The notes under the pieces: generated by a model
What the model saw: only the letters and a program-made list of their open reading frames with translations
What the model was told of the DNA's origin: nothing
Databases searched by the model: none
Made by a program: the position numbers and the translations under genes
In this document: positions 29,039 to 40,851 of the stretch, in pieces
Position numbering within the stretch: the first letter of the stretch is position 1
Layout: each line of letters starts with the position of its first letter
DNA from: Armatimonadota bacterium
Lineage (GTDB): Bacteria; Armatimonadota; HRBIN16
DNA length: 64,000 bases
Reading direction: 5' to 3'
Assembly: GCA_963677485.1 (NCBI GenBank)
Contig: OY781964.1
Location: 704,001 to 768,000 of the forward strand

Positions 29039-30259
29039 TTAGCGGGTGCGGCTCAGCCGCGGTCCGCGTGAGCTGGTCACCACTCTGTCGATCATGCCAT
29101 TGGCAATCAGCCTCTGAATGACCTCCTCGGTGTCTGGCCCGGAAAGATGCATCACGTCACGCAGGCGGTAGAAGTGAGTATCTTCACCCACCAGCGCGAG
29201 GTGCTCTTCCAGAACGGTGTCTTCGGTGACGGCAGCCGCGGCTTCTTTCGGCGACGCCGAATCCAGATATTGGTCGAACGCTTCCCAGTGTCTCGCAATT
29301 TTACTATACACCGAGTTGTACTGGTACAGCTCGGGATAGCGCGATCCTAGCTCCATGAACAGGTCAGCCTGACAGGTTCGCTTCGTGATCATAGCATTGA
29401 TCAAGCCGAGATCGGATACCGCGGCCCCGAGGTCGGCAAGCTGGGCTTCGCATTCCTGAAGCATCTGCTGCAGCACATCCGCCACTGTCCGCTCATGCCC
29501 GTCTATGATGAACGTCGCCTGCATGCCATGCTTCGCCGCCGCCCAGCGATTGAGCAAACCCTCACGGTATTGCTGCCGGTTAGGTTTGAAGCCGGGCTGC
29601 AGTTTGGTTGCCATGCAGTGAACATAGGCTGCCACGAAGCAGCAGTATTCGGCCATGAACCGGCGCGAACTGGCACAGTCACCTATCCGAACCTCAATGG
29701 TTGGCAGATTGTATAGCTTCGGACAGGTGTCCATGCCCCACTCTGGCTGCGATGTATACGGGTCGCGTATGGAGCTCGGATGGGTCGCCCCATGTGCCAT
29801 AAACTGCACACGATGGCTTTTGAACTCGTCCCTGTGTCGATGCACAGAGGGCGAGTTCGCTGCCAGTGCGGCAAAGGCAGGCACCACGCCGAAAAGCTGG
29901 TTCTCCAATTGGATCGCCGCCGCTTCGTCGTGGATGGTACCCACATGAACATGCGCACTGTGGAACATCGGCTCCATAGGCGTTGAACCGGCCGGAAAGA
30001 GCTGCAGCTCATATTCGGCCAGTAGCTGCGTGGTGTTGTCTGTGAGCAACTGGATATTCGTCCAAACCTCGTCCAGACTATGGTTCACACCCAGTCCAAA
30101 CTCCAGCGAGTTCCAGTCCACATGCACAGGCAGATCAAGTTTGCGCTTAAGCTGACCGGCGAAGCCCATCAACTTCCCGGTATCGACGGCCCGCTCAAGG
30201 CGGTCCATCACCATGATCTCCCAGTCTGCACTGAAAGTTTTAGGATCGAAGATGCTCAT
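29039..30259 (-). CDS. Carboxylate-amine ligase, glutamate--cysteine ligase 2 (YbdK/GCS2)-like
   Basis: WEIMVMD, AHVHVG, ALAANSP, PTIEVRIGD, NRWAAAKHG. Confidence 0.8.
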   Translation of the reverse strand: MSIFDPKTFSADWEIMVMDRLERAVDTGKLMGFAGQLKRKLDLPVHVDWNSLEFGLGVNHSLDEVWTNIQLLTDNTTQLLAEYELQLFPAGSTPMEPMFHSAHVHVGTIHDEAAAIQLENQLFGVVPAFAALAANSPSVHRHRDEFKSHRVQFMAHGATHPSSIRDPYTSQPEWGMDTCPKLYNLPTIEVRIGDCASSRRFMAEYCCFVAAYVHCMATKLQPGFKPNRQQYREGLLNRWAAAKHGMQATFIIDGHERTVADVLQQMLQECEAQLADLGAAVSDLGLINAMITKRTCQADLFMELGSRYPELYQYNSVYSKIARHWEAFDQYLDSASPKEAAAAVTEDTVLEEHLALVGEDTHFYRLRDVMHLSGPDTEEVIQRLIANGMIDRVVTSSRGPRLSRTR

Positions 30260-31815
30260 ATTGCCACCTCACTTGCAGGGATGTCATCGACTTCCACTTG
30301 TATGGTGCTATCCAGTGCAGCCGCGAACTGAGCGGATGCGATCTGAACTTCACCCACTCCTGGGATTGGCACACTACGCAACAGCAGCTCCTGCTGCTGA
30401 CCGGCACAGCTTACTACGGCAGTAGCCCCCTCGTGGCTCTTCAACCGTGCTACAATGCCGACCATCAACTGGCCGTCATCGCTCACCCCGCGGCAAGCAA
30501 CCCAGGCACCGGCGTCGCCGGCACCGCATTGCTCGCCAAAGGCAAGAGCCACCGTCTGTCCCAGCCCACCGATTGGCCCTACAAGCTGGTCGCTCATGTG
30601 CCATTCCACGTTAAAGCATCCCGCATATGTGTTATGGTGCTGGCATTGGCAGTGGTCGGGGTTTATCAACACCAGGGTCATCTGCTGGCGGACAGGGTGT
30701 TCCACCACCAGCCATCCAGCATCCAGCTTCTTCCCGTTGCCGTGCGAATTCTCATATTCCTTAGCCAAACGCAGTGACACGAAACGGCCATCCTCGATAG
30801 CCGAAAGACGGCTTTGCAGCAGCCCTGAACCGTCGGTAACGCTGGACAAATGCCCATACAGCTTGAGTGATTCCACGCTATTGATGGGCACCTGCACACC
30901 CTCTGCCGACTTATCAAGGGGCTGACGTGCGTATTCACGCCGCCAGATGAGCAACGGAGCCCAGTCGGGCAGTTGGCAGTTGACCAGGCTGCGCAGCCGC
31001 AGCCCCTCATTCAACATCCCTTCCAGCCGAACTTGAGGGCCTTCACTCCCCGTATCTCCGCTGATGGATTTCGCCTGGATGGTTTCCAAACCGCCCAGTG
31101 GTCCCCAACCCTGACTTATGCCGTCGAAGTATCCGCCAAACTTCAGTTCGCCCAACACCGTATGCTCAGGTTTCGTGAGGTGCTCCTGCCCACGCAGCAG
31201 TTCCTTCACTCCACACAGCCCGCCCGCATAGCAGTTGGGGTTGATGTCGGCTTGCAGCCATCGGCCGCGTAACCGTACATAGTCACCCTGCGGCTGCTTG
31301 ACGTGCTGCCACACGGGCCCCTGCGCAGGCAACACCACGCACTGCTCGTGGAGTTTATCAACCTCAACGTCAATCACCACAGGTGCCCGCAGTTGCGTCA
31401 CCGCCTGGCTGATGTCAACCTTTGCAGTGATCTTCTCATCGTTCTTTTCGAACTTGCCGGTCATCTCCCAGCCGTTCACCTTCACGGTGTAGGTGGGCGG
31501 ATCGCCCTCTTTCCACCAGTGCAGCGACAGACTAAGCTTTTCTGGGATATCATGAACCACACCGCACGGCGTCACTTCAAGCGGAGTGAGCCACGGACGG
31601 CTCTCCTCGATGCTCAACACCAGGCTATCACCGGGGTGCCCTATTTCACGGAGGTCGTGTACTTGCCTTTCTACCTTAAGCGTCTGGTCCTTGATCCACT
31701 CTGGCGGAGCAGACCGGTTAGGGAGAACGCAGATGGGTTTGAAGGCAATACTGTATTGGTCGGTTTGACCCTCGATGGGATCCACGCTGACCAAGCGTCC
31801 TAACAGTGCTTTCAC
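30256..31815 (-). CDS. Hypothetical protein (beta-rich), translationally coupled to the ligase
   Basis: 519-aa ORF with a 4-bp overlap into the ligase start; no family recognised. Confidence 0.7.
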   Translation of the reverse strand: MKALLGRLVSVDPIEGQTDQYSIAFKPICVLPNRSAPPEWIKDQTLKVERQVHDLREIGHPGDSLVLSIEESRPWLTPLEVTPCGVVHDIPEKLSLSLHWWKEGDPPTYTVKVNGWEMTGKFEKNDEKITAKVDISQAVTQLRAPVVIDVEVDKLHEQCVVLPAQGPVWQHVKQPQGDYVRLRGRWLQADINPNCYAGGLCGVKELLRGQEHLTKPEHTVLGELKFGGYFDGISQGWGPLGGLETIQAKSISGDTGSEGPQVRLEGMLNEGLRLRSLVNCQLPDWAPLLIWRREYARQPLDKSAEGVQVPINSVESLKLYGHLSSVTDGSGLLQSRLSAIEDGRFVSLRLAKEYENSHGNGKKLDAGWLVVEHPVRQQMTLVLINPDHCQCQHHNTYAGCFNVEWHMSDQLVGPIGGLGQTVALAFGEQCGAGDAGAWVACRGVSDDGQLMVGIVARLKSHEGATAVVSCAGQQQELLLRSVPIPGVGEVQIASAQFAAALDSTIQVEVDDIPASEVAI

Positions 31816-32017
31816 TGTATTCCATGCCCCTTTCTATTGCATCACTGCAAACGATAGGACGGCCACTGCACTCGCATCTGGCCGCAATAGCAATAAATAG
31901 CATCCCGTACAGCTCTACGGAACACCTGTGACGGTGATGTGGATTCGTGAGGTGGGCCACAATTGGTCACGTAAACAGTATCATATCACGGAATTGTTGT
32001 AATATCAATACTGGTTC

Positions 32018-32094
32018 GGCTAACCGCCAGACCGGCGCGGTCTACAGCCTTCTGTTGTCGCTAGCGTACTGACAGACCGCCCCGGACTTAGGCA
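32018..32094. repeat. Family-B 77-bp palindromic repeat
   Basis: GGCTAACCGCCAGACCGGCGCGGTCT...CAGACCGCCCCGGACTTAGGCA; its ends are the reverse complement of the 15621 copy. Confidence 0.85.
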
Positions 32095-32333
32095 ATGAAG
32101 ATTGTATGGCGGTGCCAGCCTCCCTTGCGCCGGTCGGAGCGGAGCGACACCGGCCGCTAATGATCAGCCGTGCGGTGCAGGAACCCGCACTGGACGCAGT
32201 TCCCGGAGTGTCAGCTCCCGGAACGTAGTCGTGTGGGTGACTAAACCCGCGGCATCGTGGCTGGCAGCCACGTTCTGCGACACGCGCATTGGGGTTTCGG
32301 ATGGCCACAAGGGCCATCCCTACGAATCCAAGC

Positions 32334-33608
32334 CTATACCCCCGCTCGTAAAACCGCATCGCGGCTGACCAACCCAAGAAACACGCCCGCCTGATCAACC
32401 ACAGGAAGCCGCTTGATCCCATACTCGATCATGATGTTCACGGCTTCCTCGATACGGACATCCTCACGGATGGTGATGGTATCCGTCTTCATCACGTCGG
32501 CGGCGGTGTGATGTTTTGACTGATCGATATACTCTCTGTGTCGCTTGGCGATCTCCGCCAGCGGCAGGTGACTCAGAAGCTGGCTCCACTGCCCCGCTTT
32601 ATGCTCCGAGAACACCTGAAGTAAATCCGCATCGAACACCATGCCCGCCAACTTACCGCCTGCATCCACCACCACCGCCCGTTGAGTTCCAATCGCAGAC
32701 ATCGTGCGCACCACCTCCAGCAGTGGCGTATCGGCTTGGACCTGACTGACGTCGCGCTCCATGATATGCCCGACGGTGTCCACCTTACCCGTGAGTGTTG
32801 GATGGGGCTGTTCTTGATGTATGCCCGATGCATTTCGCGCGATCGTATGGAAGATATCAGCTCGCGCCACTATACCCACCAGCTTACCTTTAGAATCCAC
32901 CACTGGCAACCTCTTTAGCTTGTGATGCAGCATCTGATCTACCGCCGTCGTCAGGCGTTTGCTTTCCTCGACGCACACCAAAGGCTGGGTCATCACCTGC
33001 CTGGCGGTCAAACCGGCCAACTGCTGCAGGTAAGTCTCACGCTGGCTTTGCTCAAAACTGGTCAGCAGCCCCAGCCTGACGGGCATACCTGCCCGTGTGA
33101 TGAGGTCATTCTGAGTAATTATGCCGACGGGCTCGTTTCTGTCATTGACCACTGGCAGGGAGTTGAACTCATGCGATACTAAAATGCGGATCACCTCCGC
33201 CACCGGGGTCTCTTCTGTCACACTCACCGGTGAAGGTGTCATCACATCCTTGACGGCCAACTGGCGAGGGATCAAAGAGCTATGGCTCTTATGAATCTGC
33301 ACTTCCAGCTCTCTCACCGCCACGATGCCATCGGGCAGCACCTCATCTATCATCGACAGCACAGCATCGAGCACTGCAGAGGGCAGCACGATCTCAATCT
33401 TGAGCGGCATATTAAACGCTTCCACTTCGATGAAGCTATTCGCCACCTCCCCATTTTCGAAGCAGCCTTCGTAGCCCCGCGTCACGATACAACGGGCGGC
33501 GATATGCAGCTCTTGAATGCGGCGGATGATTACATCCCATGACGCCTTGCCGTGCCACCGCGCGTCCTCGCTGGTGAATATCTCTATCACGTGATATGAA
33601 AGCGGCAT
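32334..33608 (-). CDS. DUF190 (PII-like) domain + four CBS domains protein
   Basis: IEIFTSEDARWHGK...RGYEG...NMPLKIEIV, then repeated CBS motifs (VKDVMT, LPVVD, LVGIVARADI). Confidence 0.85.
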   Translation of the reverse strand: MPLSYHVIEIFTSEDARWHGKASWDVIIRRIQELHIAARCIVTRGYEGCFENGEVANSFIEVEAFNMPLKIEIVLPSAVLDAVLSMIDEVLPDGIVAVRELEVQIHKSHSSLIPRQLAVKDVMTPSPVSVTEETPVAEVIRILVSHEFNSLPVVNDRNEPVGIITQNDLITRAGMPVRLGLLTSFEQSQRETYLQQLAGLTARQVMTQPLVCVEESKRLTTAVDQMLHHKLKRLPVVDSKGKLVGIVARADIFHTIARNASGIHQEQPHPTLTGKVDTVGHIMERDVSQVQADTPLLEVVRTMSAIGTQRAVVVDAGGKLAGMVFDADLLQVFSEHKAGQWSQLLSHLPLAEIAKRHREYIDQSKHHTAADVMKTDTITIREDVRIEEAVNIMIEYGIKRLPVVDQAGVFLGLVSRDAVLRAGV

Positions 33609-33687
33609 GATTTTACCTCGTAAAAGTTACGTTTGACGACCAATGGCGGAGGGAGATCAAGTGACTATCCTATCCGCCATATGATGT

Positions 33688-36072
33688 TTAAGCTGGCTCA
33701 CCGTCGTCAGTCACGCCCCACTTCCAATTCCGAATCTCCGGCATGTCCTCGCCGTTTTTGTCGATGTATAGCCTGTGTTCGATCAATTTCTCCTTAAGCT
33801 GCTGCTTGAGATAGATGCCCTTTTCGCCGCTATGCGGCAGGCGTTCGATGGTGTCCATCACAAGGTGGAAGCGGTCCAGCTCGTTCAGCACCGTCATATC
33901 AAAGGGTGTAGTGATGGTGCCCTCTTCCTTATAACCGCGGACGTGGATGTTGTCGTGGTTGGTACGTCGGTATGTCAGCCGGTGGATTAACCATGGGTAG
34001 GCATGGAAGGCGAAGATAACCGGCTTGTCCTTGGTGAAGAGATCATCAAAGTCTGTGTCGCTCAACCCATGGGGGTGCTCGGTCTGCGGTTGCAGCTTCA
34101 TGAGATCGACGACATTGACCACCCGTATTTTAAGCTCGGGCAGGTGTTCGCGCATGATGGAGACGGCAGCGAGTGTCTCCAGAGTGGGCACATCGCCACA
34201 GCAGGCCATGACCACATCGGGGGAAACGCCCTGATCGTTGCTGGCCCACTGCCAGATGCCGACACCTTCAGTGCAGTGCTTGATGGCAGCATCCATTGAC
34301 AGCCATTGCGGTGCCGGGTGTTTACCAGCGATCACCACGTTGACGTAATGGCGGCTGCGCAGGCAATGGTCCATTACCGACAGCAGGCAGTTGGCATCCG
34401 GCGGCAGGTAGACCCGCACGACCTCGGCCTTCTTGTTCACGACCACATCGATAAAACCAGGGTCCTGGTGGGTGAATCCGTTGTGATCTTGCCGCCAGAC
34501 GTGCGAGGCCAGCAGGTAGTTCAGTGAAGCGATCTTCCGTCGCCACGGCAGGTGCGATGTCACCTTCAACCATTTTGCGTGCTGGTTGAACATCGAATCG
34601 ATGATGTGGATAAACGCCTCATAGCAGTTGAAAAGGCCGTGCCGTCCAGTCAGCAGGTAACCTTCCAACCAGCCCTCGCATTGGTGCTCGCTGAGCATTT
34701 CCATCACGCGTCCTGCAGGCGCCAGGAATTCATCATTAGGCACCGTCGCAGCATCCCATTGCCGATCGGTCACATCAAAGAGGGATTCGAGCCCGTTGGA
34801 GAGCGTTTCGTCCGGGCCGAAGACCCGGAAATTCCGCTGTTCACTATTTAGCTTTGCCACATCGCGCAGGAAGGGACCAAGCACATGCGTGTCACCGACA
34901 CCGCGCACGCCCGGTGAGGGCACATCAACCGCGTAGTCACGGAAATCAGGCATCCGCAGATCGCTGAGCAGGCTGCCGCCGTTGGCATGAGGGTTCGCGC
35001 CCATGCGTTGTTCGCCCTTAGGTGCCAGTTCAGCCAGTTCCGATTTCAAGCGACCTTGTTCATCGAAGAGCTCTTCAGGCCGGTAACTCCTCAGCCACTC
35101 TTCCAGCAGTTTGAGATGCTCGGGATGAGCAGCGGGATCCGATAGTGGTACCTGGTGAGAACGGAAGGTGCCTTCTACCTGTAGACCATCAACCACTTTA
35201 GGCCCCGTCCAACCCTTGGGTGAGTTGAGCACAATCATCGGCCATCGCGGCCGTTCGCAGTTTCCATTGACGCGGGCATCTTGCTGAATCTTTTTAATCT
35301 GCTCCACCGCCAAATCGAGTGTCGCGGCCATGGCTTCATGCATCAACTCAGGGTCGTGGCCCTCAACAAAGTATGGCGTCCACCCGTAGCCGCGGAGCAA
35401 CTGCTCCAATTCTTCGTGGGTGATGCGGGCCTGAACCGTCGGATTAGAGATCTTATAGCCATTAAGGTGAAGGATGGGCAGCACCGCGCCGTCGGTGGTC
35501 GGATTGAGAAACTTGTTGGAATGCCATGCCGTGGCTAGCGGACCGGTTTCCGCTTCCCCATCGCCGACTACGCAAGCGACAACCAAGTCGGGGTTGTCAA
35601 AAACCGCACCAAACGAGTGGCTAAGCGAGTAGCCCAGCTCCCCACCCTCGTGGATGGAGCCAGGCGTCTCAGGGGAAGCGTGACTGGGGATGCCGCCAGG
35701 AAACGAAAACTGCATAAACAGCTTACGCAGCCCAGCCTCATCCTGGCTGACGTTTGGATATATCTCGCTGTAGGTACCCTCAAGGTAAGTGTTACTCACC
35801 ACGGCCGGACCGCCATGTCCTGGGCCGGAGACGTATATCATATCAAGGTCGTATTTCTTGATCACCCGGTTCAGATGCACGTATATGAAATTCTGCCCAG
35901 GCGTGGTGCCCCAGTGTCCAAGCAGCATGTGCTTCACATCCGCGAGAGTCAACGGCCGTTTCAAAAGCGGGTTGTCATATAGATACATCTGACCCACCGA
36001 CAAGTAGTTGGCGGCGCGCCAGTAGGCGTCCATCTGGTATAGCAGTTCCGAATTCAGAGTGCTCATGGTCAT
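33688..36072 (-). CDS. xfp: Xylulose-5-P/fructose-6-P phosphoketolase
   Basis: [41 protein letters not shown]. Confidence 0.95.
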   Translation of the reverse strand: MTMSTLNSELLYQMDAYWRAANYLSVGQMYLYDNPLLKRPLTLADVKHMLLGHWGTTPGQNFIYVHLNRVIKKYDLDMIYVSGPGHGGPAVVSNTYLEGTYSEIYPNVSQDEAGLRKLFMQFSFPGGIPSHASPETPGSIHEGGELGYSLSHSFGAVFDNPDLVVACVVGDGEAETGPLATAWHSNKFLNPTTDGAVLPILHLNGYKISNPTVQARITHEELEQLLRGYGWTPYFVEGHDPELMHEAMAATLDLAVEQIKKIQQDARVNGNCERPRWPMIVLNSPKGWTGPKVVDGLQVEGTFRSHQVPLSDPAAHPEHLKLLEEWLRSYRPEELFDEQGRLKSELAELAPKGEQRMGANPHANGGSLLSDLRMPDFRDYAVDVPSPGVRGVGDTHVLGPFLRDVAKLNSEQRNFRVFGPDETLSNGLESLFDVTDRQWDAATVPNDEFLAPAGRVMEMLSEHQCEGWLEGYLLTGRHGLFNCYEAFIHIIDSMFNQHAKWLKVTSHLPWRRKIASLNYLLASHVWRQDHNGFTHQDPGFIDVVVNKKAEVVRVYLPPDANCLLSVMDHCLRSRHYVNVVIAGKHPAPQWLSMDAAIKHCTEGVGIWQWASNDQGVSPDVVMACCGDVPTLETLAAVSIMREHLPELKIRVVNVVDLMKLQPQTEHPHGLSDTDFDDLFTKDKPVIFAFHAYPWLIHRLTYRRTNHDNIHVRGYKEEGTITTPFDMTVLNELDRFHLVMDTIERLPHSGEKGIYLKQQLKEKLIEHRLYIDKNGEDMPEIRNWKWGVTDDGEPA

Positions 36073-36180
36073 TGAATTCCCTTCAGTTCAGTCTCGATGA
36101 GGCCGTTCGCCACCTCGGGTTTCCGAAGCAGCCTGCGTAGCCACTCGGCCCTGTTACGGTCACGTGATATGAACGCGGCG

Positions 36181-37113
36181 TCAGTTCACATCCTGCATGA
36201 TGGCATGGGCCACATCGCGTACGGGTTTGCTATCCTTGCCTAACGCCTCGAATCCTGCGATGACATCAAACAGCTCCTCATCGATCCCGCTCTGGCGGAT
36301 TCGGTGGAAGGCGCTGATCAGTGTTTCAAGCAACTCACTGATGTTCTTATCGGCACGTTGCATGGCGGCAAGTCGGCAGGCATTTTCGGCCGCCAGCGAG
36401 GCTGCACAAACCCGAAAGATCGAGACGAAAAGATACTCCCGGATGAGCACCTTCAGCATATCCGTGCCGCCACCTATCATCTGAGGTACGGTGGATGTCG
36501 GCCAAGGGAGTTCCTTCAACCGCCGCATCCAGCCTTCATCAAGCGGCAAGACGTTCTGGCAGGTTGGAGCATAAGCAGTGCCCTTCGTGGGATTATTGTA
36601 TATAAGGCACAGCTCAGTGACTTCATCCTGACGGCCGCTCATTATGCATTCATTCAGAATCTGACCAATAAGCGGAGTGATGCCTTTGACGGAGTTCGGC
36701 ACGGCATACAGCCCTTTTAATGGCAATCCCTCATCGACCAACCGACCATGAACCCGCTCGCCAACCGCCCATACCTCTGGCTTGGCCTTCAACGCCCCCA
36801 GCGTCGCCAGTGCAAAATCAGCCACCACATCATTGAATTGGCCCACCAACCCCTGATCCGACCCAAACACCACCACGACCATCGCAGAAGCCTGCTTTTT
36901 CTGACCTTTTATCGCGGAGTGTGCAGGAATGGCCTCTCGCAGGCATTCACCCAGCCCCAACTCCACCGTGTGGTAATAGTCGGTCAAAGCACTCACCGCT
37001 CGCTCATACTGGCCGATACTCGAGGCGGCAACGGCCTTCATGGTGCGCACGACCGACTGAAGGTCGTTCACTCCGCTGATGATCCGCCGGAGGTTCAGTA
37101 CGGTGTCGCTCAT
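36181..37113 (-). CDS. atpG: N-ATPase gamma subunit
   Basis: [43 protein letters not shown]. Confidence 0.93.
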   Translation of the reverse strand: MSDTVLNLRRIISGVNDLQSVVRTMKAVAASSIGQYERAVSALTDYYHTVELGLGECLREAIPAHSAIKGQKKQASAMVVVVFGSDQGLVGQFNDVVADFALATLGALKAKPEVWAVGERVHGRLVDEGLPLKGLYAVPNSVKGITPLIGQILNECIMSGRQDEVTELCLIYNNPTKGTAYAPTCQNVLPLDEGWMRRLKELPWPTSTVPQMIGGGTDMLKVLIREYLFVSIFRVCAASLAAENACRLAAMQRADKNISELLETLISAFHRIRQSGIDEELFDVIAGFEALGKDSKPVRDVAHAIMQDVN

Positions 37114-38699
37114 TTTGCACCCTCAGGTGGGGCATCAGCTCGCGGTTTGGTCGACACGCTCAGCTCTGATCCCGACAAGGGTTTCAGCTCCGCCAATGCC
37201 TTTTTTGCGAAGCCAATGATAAGCTCGTGGTCCTCATCAGATATCTTCTTTTCAGCCACCAAACGTTCGCAAACATCAGCAGGAATGTCAGCGGCAGCTT
37301 CGCGCACAGCATATTCAGCCTGCGTCATCTGCTCAAGTGGTACACCTTCAAAAAGCCGTTCTGACAACGCCAGAAGCACTGTGATCTGCGCTGGCACGGA
37401 AACGGGTGAAAACTCCGCTTGTTTAAGGCACGCACGGATGCGTCGGCCATGCTCGATGATCTTCAACGTGGCATCATCCAGCCGGGTGCCAAACTTGGTG
37501 AATGTCTCAAGCTCTTCAAACTGTGCAAATTCGAGTTTGAGTGAGCCGGCCACCGCCCGGTATGCAGCCCGCTGCGCCTTGCCACCAACGCGTGATACCG
37601 ACTTCCCCACATCCACCGCTGGCAGCACACCCAGCTCGAACAGAACCGGTGAAAGATATATCTGCCCATCGGTGATGGATATCAAGTTGGTGGGGATATA
37701 AGCCGAGATATCCTGCGCTTCGGTCTCCACGATCGGCAGCGCGGTCAGCGAACCGCCGCCCAGCTCCTCACGCAAATGAGTCGCCCGCTCCAGCAGTCGA
37801 GAGTGGATATAGAAGATATCGCCAGGGAACGCTTCACGGCCAGGAGGACGGCGCAGCAGTAACGAGAGCTCGCGATATGCCCGCGCATGATGCGTCAGAT
37901 CATCATATACGATCAACACATCACGGCCAGCTGCCATGAACGCCTCAGCGATACTGGTCGCAGCATACGGTGCGATATAAGCCAGACCTGGTGCATCGTT
38001 GCCTTCGGTCACCACCACGACGGTGTAGTCCATCGCACCCCTTTCACGCAGGGTGGCTATAGTTTTGGCGACTGACGATGCCCTTTGCCCGATGGCGCAA
38101 TACACGCACAGCACGCCGTATTCACGCTGGTTGAGGATGGTATCCAAAGCGATGGTGGATTTCCCCGTTTGGCGGTCGCCCATGATCAGCTCGCGCTGGC
38201 CACGTCCTACAGGGATGAGCGCATCGATCACTTTCACGCCCGTCTGAAGTGGGATGGTCACGGGTGAACGGTCCATGATCGGCATCGCGGGACGTTCGAC
38301 GGGCAGACGCTCTTCCGTGTCCACCACCCCTTTACCATCGAGGGGTCTGCCAAGCGGATCGATGATACGGCCCAACAAACTGTTGCCAACAGGCACATCC
38401 ATCACCCGGCCAGTGCGATGCACCTCATCGCCGGTATGCAGATTCCAGTAATCGCCAAGCAACACCACGCCAATTTCATTCGGGTCTATGTTGAACGCGA
38501 TACCCATGATATTACCAGGGAAGACCACAATTTCATCAAAACCCACGCCCGGAAGACCTGACACTTTGGCGATGCCAGTGGCGATGCTGGTCACGATGCC
38601 CACCTCACGCGGCTTAATCTGAGGCGCATGCGCTTCACGAACCTGCTTCATCTCGTTGAATGCGTTCTCTATACTGTTCTGAAGGCTCTCTGCATCCAT
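37110..38699 (-). CDS. atpA: N-ATPase alpha subunit
   Basis: [26 protein letters not shown]. Confidence 0.96.
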   Translation of the reverse strand: MDAESLQNSIENAFNEMKQVREAHAPQIKPREVGIVTSIATGIAKVSGLPGVGFDEIVVFPGNIMGIAFNIDPNEIGVVLLGDYWNLHTGDEVHRTGRVMDVPVGNSLLGRIIDPLGRPLDGKGVVDTEERLPVERPAMPIMDRSPVTIPLQTGVKVIDALIPVGRGQRELIMGDRQTGKSTIALDTILNQREYGVLCVYCAIGQRASSVAKTIATLRERGAMDYTVVVVTEGNDAPGLAYIAPYAATSIAEAFMAAGRDVLIVYDDLTHHARAYRELSLLLRRPPGREAFPGDIFYIHSRLLERATHLREELGGGSLTALPIVETEAQDISAYIPTNLISITDGQIYLSPVLFELGVLPAVDVGKSVSRVGGKAQRAAYRAVAGSLKLEFAQFEELETFTKFGTRLDDATLKIIEHGRRIRACLKQAEFSPVSVPAQITVLLALSERLFEGVPLEQMTQAEYAVREAAADIPADVCERLVAEKKISDEDHELIIGFAKKALAELKPLSGSELSVSTKPRADAPPEGAK

Positions 38700-38701
38700 G
38701 C

Positions 38702-39538
38702 TTATGAACTCACGACTTCACTAGTTGGTTCCACTGGTTGCGCGTCACCAGACTTGGGTTTCTCATCCGCGTGTTGTTTGTGGTTCGCTTGAATCAGTTC
38801 ATCGATACCGGATTGGAGTGTTGTCAAGTAGTCCGAAAAACTCCAGGCCAGCTTTTGACCGTGTGTCGTGAGCTCAATACCACTCACAATGTTCGGATCG
38901 GTCTCGAATTGCACAGCAAAACTGGTCTGAAACACATCGTTGAGTGCAGATTGGATATTCGAACGTGATTCGGCCGGCAACTCAAAAGCACTCCGCACGA
39001 TCGAAGGCTCCGAAGATGACTTATTGGCTTCTGAGAGCTTGAGCTTCGTCGGCTCGTCCAGTTGGTGCAGGCGTTGTATGAACACATCACACATCCGCTC
39101 ATCCAGGCTTGCGTCTGCCATATCGGTCAGTGCAAGCCGTGCGATATCAAGCACCTCCTGCTGAGTCCTGCGGCTGATCGCACTAATCAACTTATGCTCT
39201 TCATCCTGCAGCAATCGGGTCTGTTGGAGGCCTAACTCCACAGCCGCTTGACGTGCCTCGTCCATCAACCGCTGACGTTCCGCACCAGCTTCATCGGTGG
39301 CTTTACTCATCAGTGCCGCGCGTTGTTGTTCCAGCTCCTCGTTCTTGCGCTGGAACTCATCGCGTTCCTGCTGAGCTTTTGCCTTATCATCGGCAGCCGC
39401 AGCGATCTCGTCGGCTATCCTCTTCTCCCGATCGTCGATCGCATCAAGTATCGGCTTATATAGGAACCGCCGTATAAAATACACCAGGATCAGAAAGTTC
39501 AGTGCCTGGGTTCCGATTGTAAACCAGTCGATCTGCAT
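38702..39538 (-). CDS. atpF: N-ATPase b subunit (b-delta fusion type)
   Basis: [17 protein letters not shown], coiled coil, delta-like C-terminus (GIEL). Confidence 0.9.
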   Translation of the reverse strand: MQIDWFTIGTQALNFLILVYFIRRFLYKPILDAIDDREKRIADEIAAAADDKAKAQQERDEFQRKNEELEQQRAALMSKATDEAGAERQRLMDEARQAAVELGLQQTRLLQDEEHKLISAISRRTQQEVLDIARLALTDMADASLDERMCDVFIQRLHQLDEPTKLKLSEANKSSSEPSIVRSAFELPAESRSNIQSALNDVFQTSFAVQFETDPNIVSGIELTTHGQKLAWSFSDYLTTLQSGIDELIQANHKQHADEKPKSGDAQPVEPTSEVVSS

Positions 39539-39542
39539 GGGT

Positions 39543-39830
39543 CTACTTCCCTGCAGCTTGCGTGATGAAGTAAGTCCAGAACGGGTTAGCGAAAATCAAG
39601 ATCATTGTGATCACAAAGCAGTAGATAGCGATCGATTCAACCATAGCCAACCCCACGAACAAAGCCCGCGTGATGGTGGCTGAAGCATCTGGCTGTTGAG
39701 CGATTGAGCTCAATGCCATCGCGATGGCCCTTCCTTCCGCTATGGCCGGACTCACGCAACCCAGACATGTCGTCAATCCTGCTAATACGATGGATACTAC
39801 TGCGACTATTGTGATGTTATCCATAGTCAT
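39543..39830 (-). CDS. atpE: N-ATPase c subunit
   Basis: Two TM helices, AEG, AQQPDA loop, ESIAIY. Confidence 0.93.
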   Translation of the reverse strand: MTMDNITIVAVVSIVLAGLTTCLGCVSPAIAEGRAIAMALSSIAQQPDASATITRALFVGLAMVESIAIYCFVITMILIFANPFWTYFITQAAGK

Positions 39831-39857
39831 CTCCTTTGGATAAGGCCGCTGTTGTCA

Positions 39858-40550
39858 TCACGCGGCATCGTGTTTCGTTTGCGGTGAATGTGCCTGAGTA
39901 GCTGCAGCGATGTAGACGGCAGCTAAGGTCGTAAAGATATACGCCTGCACCATGCCCGTCAGCAGGCCCAGTGCAATCATAAACAGGGGAAAGATGAGCG
40001 GCGCGATCATGATTAGCACCGCGACGATCATCGATCCACTCATCATGTTTCCAAAAAGACGTACCGACAACGCCACGGTGCGTGACAGCTCACTGATGAG
40101 ATGGAACGGGATCATGATGGCGGTAGGCTCCGCATATGTCTTCAGGTATCCGATGATTCCTTGTTCTTTGATGCCGAATATCGGCACCGCGAAGAACACA
40201 CAGAGCGCAAGAGCTATCGTTGTGGACAGCGAACCGGTTGGCGGCTCCACGCCCGGGATCAGCGTGCAGAGGCATGATCCTGCGATGAACAGAAAGAGCG
40301 TGCCCAGAAAGCTCAGGTAAGTCCGCGGGTGTTTCAGCCCGACCTCGCGTATCTGGTTTTCGATGGCGGAGACGATGAGTTCCAGGAAATTCTGACTTCG
40401 AGACCGCTCCATGCCTGTTGTGATGCGGCGTGTGACCAGTTTTGAGCCGATCACGAGCACCAGCATCAGCACCCAGGTGACCACCATCGTGCCGTTGATT
40501 TTGAATATGCCATGATGCCAATAGACAAGCTGATCCGGGCTAAGATGCAT
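39858..40550 (-). CDS. atpB: N-ATPase a subunit
   Basis: SRTVALSVRLFGN, VQAYIF. Confidence 0.93.
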   Translation of the reverse strand: MHLSPDQLVYWHHGIFKINGTMVVTWVLMLVLVIGSKLVTRRITTGMERSRSQNFLELIVSAIENQIREVGLKHPRTYLSFLGTLFLFIAGSCLCTLIPGVEPPTGSLSTTIALALCVFFAVPIFGIKEQGIIGYLKTYAEPTAIMIPFHLISELSRTVALSVRLFGNMMSGSMIVAVLIMIAPLIFPLFMIALGLLTGMVQAYIFTTLAAVYIAAATQAHSPQTKHDAA

Positions 40551-40851
40551 GGTCTTCCTCCTTTGTGATCAGACCCGACGCTTCAGGAAGCCGAGTGAGG
40601 CGTGTCACAGCAACACGGGCAATGACCAGTCCTAAAAGGCATACCACGAACCGCTCCCAGTGGCCATGTGCCACCAAGACCATACCGATGATGACAGCCC
40701 CCAGACGCAATAGCAGGCTGCCCATCACCAAAGCCACAGGGTGGCGTGCTGTGAGTATCCGCTGCACGGTCCACCATAGGCCGCCAAAGAACAGCAGACC
40801 CAGCAACAACCCAGTCAGCAGCGATACTACTATACCTGTGGTGTCACTCAT
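40540..40851 (-). CDS. atpR: N-ATPase AtpR (ATP synthase subunit I-like)
   Basis: GLLFFGGLWWTV, SLLLR; position in the operon. Confidence 0.85.
   Translation of the reverse strand: MSDTTGIVVSLLTGLLLGLLFFGGLWWTVQRILTARHPVALVMGSLLLRLGAVIIGMVLVAHGHWERFVVCLLGLVIARVAVTRLTRLPEASGLITKEEDHAS

Noticed and set aside
31975-31982. ACAGTATC match to the IS110 donor guide
   Set aside because: Only 8 bp, lacks the full CT core context, and is expected by chance.
33609-33687. Fluoride riboswitch upstream of the DUF190/CBS gene
   Set aside because: A hairpin (ATGGCGGA/TCCGCCAT) is present, but the riboswitch consensus is not recognisable.
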